Source of the DNA: Eledone cirrhosa
Taxonomy: Eukaryota
Length of the DNA: 64,000 bases
Assembly (NCBI GenBank): GCA_964016885.1
Contig: OZ024754.1
Span: forward strand, 32,984,001 to 33,048,000
Direction of reading: 5' to 3'
In this document: in pieces, positions 33,148-44,730 of the stretch
Position numbering within the stretch: position 1 is the first letter of the stretch
How the letters are laid out: each line of letters starts with the position of its first letter
Translations under genes and position numbers: made by a program
The notes under the pieces: generated by a model
Told to the model about the DNA's origin: nothing
The model's input: only the letters and a program-made list of their open reading frames with translations
Databases searched by the model: none

Positions 33148-33439
33148 AAAGTGGCGAGAATGGCCCGAGTGAATGGGCCTTCTCTCTATATCAGCCTGTA
33201 GGTTGAGGAAAAAGAGGAGGAGAGGAAAGGGGTACAAACTCTTCGTACTCTTGGAGATGAGGGTTGCACATTTTTTTCGGGGGTATGTGTTACCCATATG
33301 TAATATCTCCCCCTATTGGGGAAAATCGACTAATTTTTAAATTGTATTTGTGATAATATTTTACACGTTTTTATTGTATGTAAACTTCCCCCTTTGTATT
33401 TGTCCCCTTCTTTTGTGCCCCTGTGGCTAATAAAGAAAC
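33148..33439 (+). mobile_element. 5'-truncated L1/Tx1-like LINE copy A (last codons plus 3' UTR)
   Basis: Encodes KVARMARVNGPSLYISL*, matching the C-terminus of the 34075-34677 frame; ends GCTAATAAAGAAA; (TATC)n on both sides. Confidence 0.8.
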
Positions 33440-33440
33440 A

Positions 33441-33480
<40 letters not shown>

Positions 33481-33481
<1 letters not shown>

Positions 33482-33942
33482 CCCCCTTTGTATTTGTCCC
33501 CTTATTTTGTGCCCCTGTGGCTAATAAAGAAACATATCTATCTATCTATCTATATATCTATCTCCCCCTTTGTATTTTTCCCCTTCTTTTGTGCCCCTGT
33601 GGCTAATAAAGAAATATATCTATCTATCTATCTCCCCTTTTGTATTTGTGCCCTTCTTTTGTGCCCCTGTGGCTAATAAAGAAACTTATCTATCTAACTA
33701 TCTATCTATCTATCTCCCCCCCCCCCTTGTATTTGTCCCCTTCTTTTGTGCCCCTGTGGCTAATAAAGAAACATATCTATCTATCTATCTATCTCCCCCT
33801 TTGTATTTGTCCCCTTCTTTTGTGCCCCTGTGGCTAATCAAGAAACATATCTATCTATCTATCTATCTATCTATCTCCCCCTTTGTATTTGTCCCCTTCT
33901 TTTGTGCCCCTGTGGCTAATAAAGAAACATATCTATCTATCC

Positions 33943-33978
<36 letters not shown>

Positions 33979-34030
33979 CCCCCTTTGTATTTGTCCCCTT
34001 CTTTTGTGCCCCTGTGGCTAATAAAGAAAA
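33481..34030 (+). repeat. Seven tandem copies of the LINE's last ~52 bp separated by variable (TATC)n
   Basis: TCCCCCTTTGTATTTGTCCCCTTCTTTTGTGCCCCTGTGGCTAATAAAGAAA repeated. Confidence 0.9.
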
Positions 34031-34074
34031 TATCTATCTATCCATCTATCTATCTATCTATCTATCTGTGTCTC

Positions 34075-34892
34075 ACCCTTGGAGAGTCGCTGGACATGGA
34101 GGAAGACGAACTGGCCAGCCTGTTCGGTAGGACTTTCGGCCCAGGACCAATGGACAACTTCCAGAAGTCACTGGCCTGGCAGTGCTACCGAGGGGCTCTA
34201 CCCGTTCGAGAGAGGCTCTACAGACACGGGCGCCCGGGCAGGGATCCCTCAAAAAAGATTTGCCCTAGATGCGTACGTCACGAAGAAACCGTTGCGCACG
34301 CATTGGTGCAATGTCCGGGCGTGGCTGATCTGTGGGGCTACGCCGAACGACTGCTGTCGCGGGTGGCTCCGATTCAATTGACCGCCGAGTCCGTGATGAC
34401 AATCAAACCGCCTCCCCTCTTCACAAAGGAAGCAAAGGCGGTTTTTCTGTGCGTAATAGCCATGTTGAAAGAGGTTGTTTGGTGGACACGATTGAAAGGT
34501 CTGAGGTCAGGCAACTTCCTCTCTGGCCAGAGTCTGGTCTACTTCTTCCGATATCACTTCGGAAGAAGGATAAGAATGGAGAGAGAGGTGCTTGGCCACA
34601 GGCAGTTTTATGAAAGGTGGGTGATAGTGGCGAGAATGGCTCGTGTAAATGGGCCTTCTCTGTATACCATCCTGTAGGTAAAGAAGTAAAGGAGAGGGGA
34701 GCACCTTCTCCATGTGCTCCCCGGGCAAAGGATTGCACACTTTTTCGGGGGTGTGTGCAACACCCATCACGTCCCCTCCCTTTTGAGGTTATTTTCGATT
34801 ATTTTCATGTTATACCCTTTTTACTCGATTGTATGTAAACTCCCCCTTTGTATTTGTCCCTTCTTTTTATGCCTTTATGGTAAATAAAGAAA
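34075..34892 (+). mobile_element. 5'-truncated L1/Tx1-clade non-LTR retrotransposon copy B
   Basis: ORF2 C-terminus, 3' UTR with AATAAA, and duplicated flank (TATC)nTGTGTCTC ending at 34074 and 34942. Confidence 0.85.
34078..34677 (+). pseudogene. Truncated LINE ORF2 C-terminus with zf-RVT-type zinc knuckle
   Basis: ~200 uninterrupted codons: W..YRGALPV..RL, CPRC...EETVAHALVQC (CX2C..H..C), then LW and VVW..R motifs typical of L1/Tx1 ORF2 tails. Confidence 0.8.
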
Positions 34893-34894
34893 TA

Positions 34895-34935
<41 letters not shown>

Positions 34936-35339
34936 GTGTCTCTGTCTGTCTGTCTATCAACCTCTCTAGGTTTTCCCTGTCCATTCTAGCCACCTCAACA
35001 ACAACAACAACAACATCACTGGTTGTCATACACAATCACAGACACACACACATACACACATACGTACAGACCAACTCACCCGGAACCATCCCCCCTCATC
35101 CCCCCACACACGCACAGATATAGCTATGCACGCAAACACACACACACATGTAATCACACGCAGGCACACAGATACACACACAAAACAGATACACCCAGAT
35201 ACACAAACAAACATATACACAAACATACACACACACACACATACATACATACACATACACACACACAGAGAAAGACACACATATCGCCAATACTAGCAAA
35301 TTGAATGCGTCACTACCGGCAAAACGGTAAATGTATCTG

Positions 35340-35665
35340 TTATGACGTAGATGATGATGATGGTGGTGGTGGTGGTGGCGGCGGTCGTGGTGGTGGTGGC
35401 GGTGGTGTAGTCTGTAGTGGTGGTGGTGGCGGTGGTGTAGTCTGTAGTGGTGGTGGTGATGATGATAGTGATGATAATTATGATAATGACGATAATGACG
35501 ATGATGATGATGATGATGATAATAATAATATAGATGATGGTGATGACGGTGGTAGTGATGATGATGATGATGGTGTTGGTAATGAAGACGATAATGGTGA
35601 TGACGGTGAAGATGGTTGATGGTGGAGATGCTGACGATAATGATAAGGACGATGATGATGATTAT
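35340..35665. repeat. (GGT)n/(GAT)n trinucleotide repeats
   Basis: Directly visible. Confidence 0.9.
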
Positions 35666-35964
35666 GAGGAGGATGGGGAGGAGGGGGATGGGGAGAATTG
35701 AGACTAAATCTCCATCAGTACTTGGCTAGTACTTTACTTTATCGACTCCACCGGAAGGATAAAACTTGGCCTCAAGGGGTTTTGAACAGAGAATATAAAG
35801 AGTCGGAAACATTGCACCCTCGGCACTTGGTTGGATTCTCTGACGAGTATCGAGAGAAGCGATTAAATCCATCACAAACACACCTAAAGCAGGTGTACAT
35901 TTATACATACATATATATATATATATACATGCATACATATATACATACGTACATACATACATAT

Positions 35965-36458
35965 ATGGTGGCTGCCAACTCGTTTTCGAGTACGGCCACT
36001 ACTTTACATCCATGTAGGAGAACCTCTACCGATGCGCTGAACGAGTGTGACCTTTTAGTCCAGCCAGCGACTTGAAAACTCTGGTACAAACACTACACTT
36101 GTGACAATTATTGACACATAGTGCTGGGCCCATGGTACCATGTGACGACAAGTGCAGAGAGATCTCCAGATATAAAGCAATGCCTGTGCCGTGAAGCTTT
36201 TATAGTGAGCAAAGGCACTGCACAAAGCCAGTCCCACTCTCTTAACCAAGATGATATTTACCAAAAAGAAGAACAAGTCAACATCATTGGATACCATCAG
36301 GGTTGCAGGTGTTATATCAGAGTTTTCCTTCTCCTAGAATTCTGCCTTGACAAAGGCTAAGGGGTCATCTCTCCCGGTGATTTTGGATGGCCATTGACTC
36401 TGAAGAGCTCCTTTGCCCTTTGATAGGTTTTGTTTTTAGTCCTGCAGGATGTCCAAAG
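35965..36458 (-). mobile_element. Non-coding retroposon, probably RTE-related, within (TACA)n
   Basis: Near-identical ~407-bp copy at 60914-61320; minus strand has CTAGGAGAAGGAAAACTCTG, recalled from RTE 5' regions; ends GGCAGCCACCAT+(ATGT)n. Confidence 0.6.
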
Positions 36459-36503
36459 TATACATACATACATACATACATACATACATACATACATACA
36501 TAC

Positions 36504-36765
36504 ATGATGATGGCTGCCCCTCGTTATCGAGTATGGCCATTGGACGATATACCATTATTAATAATTATTAATTCTATAGTGCAATGCCTGTGCGTGAAGA
36601 TATTTTTTAAAGTGAGGAAAGACTGTGCACTGAGCCAATCCCACTCTCTGAGCGACAGTAGCTATACCCTGAAAAGAAGAAAAGATCAACATCGTCGGTT
36701 ACTACTGAGCCGCAGGTTTTATATCGGAGTTATCCCAATTTCCTGAGTTGCCTTCTCCTAGAACA
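36504..36765 (-). mobile_element. Related subfamily of the RTE-like retroposon
   Basis: Shares GGCTGCC..CTCG..TCGAGTATGGCCA, GCAATGCCTGTGC, CCCACTCTC and CCTTCTCCTAGA blocks. Confidence 0.55.
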
Positions 36766-37101
36766 ATAACATCCATATCTACACATACATGCTTGCATGC
36801 AGACATAATCTACCTAGTTGATGTTGTGTAAATTCCAATGAGAGAGTCTTGTGTCTATGTTAGAAACCGACCCTCTCTCTATTGGGAAAAAAATTTGTGA
36901 AATTATAAAACCAGAAGAACATACATACATACATACATACATACATACATACATACATACATACGTACATATACATACATGCATACATGCATACATATAT
37001 ACATATATACATATATACATATATACATATATACATACATCCATACATATATACATTCATACACACACACACATACATACATAGAGATATATAGATTGAT
37101 A

Positions 37102-37675
37102 TCTATATATTACTAAAAGTCTGTGATTGCTTGCTTGTCTGTAATGTAATACAGCCAAAAGGGCACGTAATGGGAAAATACTTTGAAAGGAAGTTGCCCC
37201 TGAAATGGGAATACAAATGGAAGCACGCAAATCGAAGCACGGATTCCCGCGATATGGGCTTTTCCAGGTACCTTCAGAAACAGAGAAAGAGAAAGATAGG
37301 GAGAAGAGATAGTGGTTGTGAGAGAGTAGATTGAAAGAGAGACATAGAGAGAGGGAGAGGAGACAGAGAAGAAGAATGGAAGAGAGCTGGTGGTGTTGTG
37401 TGTGTGTATGTGTGTGTGTATCTATGACCAGTGTATATAGCTCACAGACACCCACATATATATACACACACACATATATATATATATATATGTATACACA
37501 CACATATTTAAATATATACATACACACACGTATATATATGCGCCTTCCAGTTTCATTTCAAATTATATACAAGACTGTGTATATTTTAATTATTTAGAAA
37601 TTATTTTTAAGTGAACATGATTTTTAAAAAAATCTTTTGCAGAGAACGTGACCCAACGGGTCTCGGCTGGTCTAG
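37102..37675 (+). mobile_element. Non-autonomous Helitron-like element
   Basis: A|TC 5' end (TCTATATATTACTAAAAG), subterminal hairpin GACCC-AAC-GGGTC, 3' CTAG|T. Confidence 0.65.
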
Positions 37676-37997
37676 TATACTACTAAAACTCTGGGATTGT
37701 ACGCTTGTCTGTAATTTAATGCAGTCAAAATGGCGCATAAAGGGAAATACTTTGAAAGGAAGTTTCCTCTGAAATGGAAATACAAATCAAATTTAAACAA
37801 GTTTCGCGTAAATCGGAGCAGGGGCTTCCGAGATACAGGGTTTTTCTGGGTTCTTTCATAAATAGCCAACAGCTCCGTCATAACCAATAACCTTCTCTAT
37901 ATATATTATAGCCCACTCTCTTTCTATATATTATAACTCTCTATATATATATATATTACTAGACTCCACGTGACCCGTTGGGTCAGGGGTGGCCTAG
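37676..37997 (+). mobile_element. Second tandem Helitron-like unit
   Basis: First ~180 bp homologous to 37105-37270; ends with hairpin TGACCC-GTT-GGGTCA and CTAG|T. Confidence 0.6.
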
Positions 37998-38001
37998 TAT
38001 G

Positions 38002-38045
<44 letters not shown>

Positions 38046-38246
38046 TCCCGGGTTCAATCGAGGGTAACCACAGTAAGTAAGGTACTCAATACATTATTAG
38101 GGTTTTTACAACAAACAAATTTAATATAAAAATGGCTTCTACTGGACTAGAGCTGTTTCATTCGAAGGGAATCACCAGGAAAGCGGCTTTTCTGCTGATT
38201 TCCTTCGAATGATACAGTCCTAGTCCTATAGAAGCTACTTCTGTAT

Positions 38247-38298
<52 letters not shown>

Positions 38299-38299
38299 A

Positions 38300-38514
38300 A
38301 GGCGTGTGGCGGAGTGGTTAGAGAATTGGATTCACAATCGTAAGGTTGTGAGTTCGGTTCCTGGACCAGGTAATGCGTTATGTCCTTGAGCAAGACACTT
38401 TACTTCACGTTGCTCCTTCTACCTGGAGTTGCGACCGATAGATAGTATTAGCAATTGGAAAGACCAACGGAAACATTGTTCCCTCGGTCCGATTTGACGA
38501 AAGTCGATCGACTG

Positions 38515-38515
<1 letters not shown>
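38300..38515 (+). mobile_element. Second tRNA-derived SINE family (CORE-like)
   Basis: A box TGGCGGAGTGGTTA, B box GAGTTCGGTTCC, TGTCCTTGAGCAAGACACTT; relatives at 31270-31460, 45050-45170(-) and 11040-11200(-). Confidence 0.7.
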
Positions 38516-38560
<45 letters not shown>

Positions 38561-38605
38561 ATATACGATATTAACAAATGGAAACTTTATTTATAAAACC
38601 ATATT

Positions 38606-38670
38606 TATTTCATTATATATATTTCAAGGAAACCAAGTTAAATTATGGTGTGCTTTCATCAGATAAAATA
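38606..38670 (-). ncRNA. Hammerhead ribozyme motif (family B)
   Basis: Reverse complement: TATTTTAT-CTGATGA-stem II-GAAA-T-ATAT-ATA-ATGAAATA. Confidence 0.65.
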
Positions 38671-38836
38671 TAATATAGAGCAGTTTTATAAATAAATATT
38701 GACATACCCTTAAAGAATGCAACCATTAAAGTTGGAAGCTTCCGGATAGGAGAGTTATAAATATATTTCAAAGTTATAAAAATATTTGCTTGTTGTATCC
38801 CAACAAATTAAATATAACTTCTATATATATATATAT

Positions 38837-39031
38837 ATAGGAACGAGTAGGACCCCGACGGCTGAGCTCAAGCCGTTTCGACGGCTAATTCTAGAGTCCA
38901 GAATTAGCCGTCGAAACGGCTTGAGCTCAGCCGTCGGGGTCCTACTCGTTCCTATTACCCACTCTACTACCCTAAGTATTGAGTACTTTGGTGCGTTATG
39001 GTCCACCTGGTTCCTTACCACACTTCTTTCG

Positions 39032-39035
<4 letters not shown>
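38837..39035. mobile_element. Hairpin-plus-tail element with a perfect 56-bp inverted repeat
   Basis: Arms 38837-38892 and 38900-38955 are exactly complementary; conserved tail follows; flanked by (TA)n. Confidence 0.85.
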
Positions 39036-39073
<38 letters not shown>

Positions 39074-39182
39074 AGAAGTTATATTTAATTTGTTGGGATA
39101 CAACAAGCAAATATTTTTATAACTCTGAAATATGTATAATGAAATAAATATGGTTTTATAAATAGTTTCCATTTGTTAATAT

Positions 39183-39255
<73 letters not shown>

Positions 39256-39722
39256 TGGACATTTGTTAATATATTGTATATATATATATATATATATATT
39301 GCTGGACTCCATGTGCGTTCTAGCTAAAGTTAACTTCTTTATCCGTTGGACACAACCCGTTGATAAAGTGTTCCGGTCCATCCGCTCCCTAGAAGTCTTA
39401 TATATTTTTATGTGGGCTGATAGGGGGCGGATTAAGGAATTGCAAAAACCCAAGAAGCTAGATTTACCACCTTTCTAGTGGGTCCGGGTAAGTTTTTTAC
39501 ATTCATATAAATTATTGATTTATTGATATTTTATTTGAGTGACCCGAATCTTCCTGGGCGTTCTTTTTCGGCTGCATGGGTGATTTTAGGCATAATCTTT
39601 GTGTGTTGGTATTTTAACGATAGTTATAGCTCTGATTTATCTGAATTATTGAGCCCTCTGCCACTCATGTCGGATTTGTTTATCGTAAATTCGTGAGCTG
39701 ATTTTCCGATACTCGATTATTC

Positions 39723-39778
<56 letters not shown>

Positions 39779-39826
39779 GAGAGAGAGAGAGAAAGGAAAT
39801 TAAAAGATGGTTAAAAAAGTTCCATA

Positions 39827-39898
39827 TATTTTATTATCCGCATTTCAAAAACAAATATCATCCTGGGACGATAATTGCGTTCTCATCAGATAAAATAA
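39827..39898 (-). ncRNA. Hammerhead motif (family A, diverged)
   Basis: Reverse complement: TATTTTAT-CTGATGA-GAACGCAATTATCGTCC..GATGATATTTGTTTTT-GAAA-TGCGG-ATA-ATAAAATA. Confidence 0.6.
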
Positions 39899-39992
39899 GG
39901 TAACATGATATGATGCCTAAAAACACTTGTGAACAAGAAAGTGTCTGATATATGCATAGTTTTATTGTTCTACAATATAACTCAACTCCTAC

Positions 39993-40059
<67 letters not shown>

Positions 40060-40331
40060 GCAGAGGTTATATTTAATTTGTTGGGATTCAGCAAGCTTAA
40101 AAATGTTTATAACTGATATAAAGCACTCAACATTTATTAATATATTGTGTATTTACTCCAATAAATTATTGAGTGCTTTATATCAGTTATAAAACGTTTT
40201 CTTTTCAACCTTTCAGACACTCATTTGCATACTCGCTCATAACTTTGTATCACCCTCAATATATGTACTATCTCCACGTTAAGGTTGTCTTTTTTCCGGG
40301 TATGTCAATATTTATTTATAAAACAAATCTG

Positions 40332-40397
40332 TATTTTATCTGATGAAAGCGCACCATAATTTGCCTTGGTTTCCCTTCAAATATGTATAATAAAATA
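40332..40397 (+). ncRNA. Hammerhead motif family B, core mutated (CAAA), probably inactive
   Basis: Same frame as the other B copies with GAAA changed to CAAA. Confidence 0.5.
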
Positions 40398-40429
40398 AAT
40401 ATGGTTTTATTAATATATTGTATATATAT

Positions 40430-40875
40430 ATATCTCTATCTCTATATATCTCTCTCTTGAGTTTTTTTCTCTGTCTGATGGTTTGATATCTCCCCGTTAT
40501 TTTCCTCTGTTCTCTTTTCTTTTTGCTTTCTTCTTTTTCTTTATCTATCTCTCCCTTTCTTTTCTCCATCTATCTCTCCCTTTCTTTTCTTTATCTATCT
40601 CTCCTTTTCTTTTCTCCACGTTTCTCTCTCTCTCTCTCCATCTTTTTACTTACTCTTAACACTATGACTTACTAAAGTAAACAAATCACTATCCCGATGG
40701 CCTCCAAAAGCAACGGTCAATTTTTAAAAGGGTACGTCAATGTCCATTTATAAAACTGTTATATATTGTATTTTGTCTGATGAAGGCATACCATAATTTA
40801 ACTTGGTATCCTTGAAATATATATAATGAAATAAATATGGTTTTATAAATATAGTTTCCATTTATGAATATCGTA
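40430..40875 (+). mobile_element. Penelope-like/retrozyme-type module with family B hammerhead at 40769-40833
   Basis: Near-identical to 50975-51365; TATTTTGT-CTGATGA-AGGCATACCA..TGGTATCCTT-GAAATATATATA-ATGAAATA. Confidence 0.65.
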
Positions 40876-40885
40876 TATATATCTA

Positions 40886-40919
<34 letters not shown>

Positions 40920-41087
40920 GTATAGGATTCTGAGGAAACAGTGGTCACAGCATTGGATATTTGAGTTCTGCAAGTACTTGTGAATTTGCACATAGCATAA
41001 CTAGGCTGTAGTACCACCGTGGAAACACTTGTAAGCACACGGAATAAATTACCTTTTTATGATGTCTACCTGTTATTATTCATTCTT

Positions 41088-41118
<31 letters not shown>

Positions 41119-41390
41119 TATATATATGTGTGGTGTGTGTGTGTGTGTGTGTGTGTACGTGTGTGTGTATACGAACGTCCGTGTAAGCAGAACAAATCCA
41201 AGCAACACAACCATTATCTATTATGATAGGTTTTTTAATATGTGAAAGTCAATCCTTAGTTTTCTGTGGCAGGATAAGGTAAGCATGATAAACAGAGGAA
41301 CATGGCCGATTACACATAGAAGCTGGTGTGGTACAAAGAAAGATATAAGATGGCTTTAGGTGGGCGTATATAACACTATACACCCCCACC

Positions 41391-41434
<44 letters not shown>

Positions 41435-41464
41435 TTGTGTCTTTATATATGTGATTACATATGC

Positions 41465-41501
<37 letters not shown>

Positions 41502-41557
41502 ATATGTATATATATATGTGTGTGTGTGAGTGTGTATACATACATATATATATGTAT

Positions 41558-41592
<35 letters not shown>

Positions 41593-41624
41593 CATTTGGG
41601 TGTGTATACATAAACACACACACC

Positions 41625-41690
<66 letters not shown>

Positions 41691-41736
41691 TATATAATAT
41701 ATATATATATTATATATATATTTTATATATATATTT

Positions 41737-41802
<66 letters not shown>

Positions 41803-41893
41803 ATTATATATATATATTATATATATATATTATATATATATATATTATATATTATATATATATATTATATATATATTATATATATATATTATA

Positions 41894-41947
<54 letters not shown>

Positions 41948-42233
41948 GTTTACGTGGATATACATATACATATATATATATATGTATATGTATATCTATG
42001 TGTACATATAAATACATTTGTAGGTTGGTGTTTGAAGTGGTGTACGTAAGGTGAGTCGGAGTAGCAGGTGTGGGTTGGTGGCTATTAGGGAACGCCAAGA
42101 TTGTCTGTAAACACAGGTAAAACCGTCTCGATATCGGCTGATTGTTAATCACTTCGATCTTCACCAAGTAACTTTACAATAGAAATATTTACCCTAGCAT
42201 CGATTCTACTTTTGATGCTGATAATCACTGCAC

Positions 42234-42272
<39 letters not shown>

Positions 42273-42429
42273 CTCTCTCTCTCGCTCTCTCACGCTCCTG
42301 TATTTATCACATCAGTGAGTCGTTCAGATTAAAGGACCCTTTGTTCCTGACTATTGAAACGAAGAGCCTTTTATATATTTGCATATACACACATTTATAC
42401 ACATATATATTATGGGGATATTTGCACAT

Positions 42430-42478
<49 letters not shown>

Positions 42479-43060
42479 GTGTACGTGTATATATATAAAA
42501 ATTTATATATATATATATGCTTACATACTTACATATATATATATATACACATGCGTGTATATATATATATAGTTATGCTTATATATATATATATATATAC
42601 ATATATAAATGTGTGTGTGTGTTGTTTTGAATTGTTTTATTGTACAAAAAGCCTAAGTGCCCCAATACAATATTGTATTAAATTGCATTTGATATGAAGT
42701 GGTCAGACTCTAGTGTGTGTGGGGAGGGGGGGGGGCATGTTTCTGGGTGTTTGGTTGTATAAGGGTGAGCGAGGATTCGTGTGAATCTCCTAGAGGTTAT
42801 ACTTCTTACTAAAGGTTTTTGGTAACCAACGGTTCTTCACAAACGTAACTCCTCAGTGAGTTGAAAGTAATAACAGATAACGGTAAAATATCGCGAATAT
42901 GGCTTCTTATTTGATGCACTTCCTTTAATCCATGGTGTCAACTACTTTTCATCATGCATCGCATAGAACTTCCTCAATGTTTTACATTAAAATCTTTACA
43001 TTAAACTCTTCCAAGATAATTTTATATAAGAGCCATACTTTAAGTTATTATGTTAGTTTT

Positions 43061-43998
43061 GGCAGTATCGGTAGAGGATCGGGCGCCATGCTTTACATCA
43101 TAGAGTTGCGTCTCTATTACTCTCTGAATTCAAATCCCACCGAGGTTAACGTTGCCTTTCATTTTTACGGGGTCGATAAAATAAAATACCAGTTACGCAC
43201 TGGAGTCGATTTAATCGACTTTCTCCTCTCCCCCAAATTGATGGCCTTGTGCCTATATAAGAAACTAATATTAAAAACTTCAATTGGCAGTGGATTGGCC
43301 TTATCAGTAGAGGATCGGACGCCATGCTTTGACGCATAGTGTTACGGCCCTTGCTATTCTGAGTTCAAATCCCGCCGAGGTTTACTTTGCCTTTCATCCT
43401 TACGGGATCGATAAAATAAAGTACCAGTAATGCACTGGTTTAATTGCTGGCCTTGTGCGAAAAGTAGAAACAATTATTTTAGTGATGAAGTTATTAATAA
43501 TTGTTTCCTCTTTTGGCAGAAGGCCAGCAAATTACCCAGTGTATTACTGGTACTTTATTTTAGCGACCCCCCTAAGGATGAAAGGCAAAGTTAACCTCGG
43601 CGGGAACTGCTAAGTTAATAAAGTTAGTAAATCCTTTGAAATACTGCATTAAATAATTAAAAACATTTGTTACAAAGGTATTATTTAGGGTAAGACAAGA
43701 TTTTCTCAAGTGGCGTCATGTTTTCTTTTTGCATCTAGTTTAGAGAAAGGAGACATCGTATGTTTGTATGTTACTTTGACAATATCTGCAAATATGTGGC
43801 CCACGTAGGGAAAATATTATTGTTTCTACTTTAGGCACAAGGCCAGCAATTACCCCAGTGTATTACTGGTACTTTATTTTATCGACCCCGTAAGGATGAA
43901 AGGCAAAGTTAACCTCGGCGCGATTTGAACTCAGACCATAAAGGGGCGTAACTCTATGCTGGAAAGCATGGTGTCCGACCCTCTACCGATACCGCCAA
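43061..43998. mobile_element. SINE cluster: two + copies (43061-43270, 43285-43458) and two - copies (43497-43605, 43815-43998)
   Basis: Consensus matches on both strands. Confidence 0.85.
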
Positions 43999-44155
43999 GG
44001 GAAAATATAATACCCAGCATTTTCTTTTCCTAGCGGCTAAACACAGCCAGGTGTGTATGAAGGTAACCCTGAAATTAGTGGAGTTCCATTGGTTCTGTTG
44101 GTTCTGACGTTGTTTGTTCCTGCCGTCCCACCAATGGCAATAGTTTCTCAGTATT

Positions 44156-44730
44156 GGATTGGCAGTATCGGTAGAGAGTCGGACGCCATGCTTTCCAGCA
44201 TAGTTACGTCACTTTACGATCTGAGTTCAAATCCCGCCGAGGTTGACTTTGCCTTTCATCCTTACGGGGTCGATAAAATAAAGTACCTGTAATACACTGG
44301 GTAATTGCTGGCCTTGTGCCAAAAAGTAGATTCAACTATATATACAATTCTCTCTCTCTCTCTCTCTTTCTCACTCACTCACTCACTCCACCTACATATC
44401 TACTCGAAATTGCTCTAAATCCCACTTTGTCTGTTTGTCACCCCTTCTCTCACTCATATATATATCTATATACACGCCCCATACACTTCCAAGTAATGCA
44501 CTGGGGTCGATTTAATGGACTTTCCCCTCCCCCCATATTGCTGGGCGGTGGATTGGCAGTATCGGTAGAGGGTCGGACGCCATGCTTTCCAGCATAGTTA
44601 CGTCCCTTTACGATCTGAGTTCAAATCCCACCGAGGTTGACTTTGCCTTTCATCCTTACGGAGTCGATAAAATAAAGTACCAGTAATGCACTGGGTAATT
44701 GCTGGCCTTGTGCCTAAAGTAGAAAAAATT
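44156..44730 (+). mobile_element. Two major-family SINEs (44156-44330, 44545-44730) and a tail fragment
   Basis: Consensus matches. Confidence 0.85.

Noticed and set aside
33390-34066. CRISPR-like repeat-spacer appearance
   Set aside because: Spacers are TATC microsatellite, the repeat is a LINE 3' end, there are no cas genes and the context is eukaryotic
33883-34074. N-terminal part of the 264-aa ORF
   Set aside because: Read-through of the tandem 3'-end/TATC array; only the part from ~34078 is LINE coding sequence
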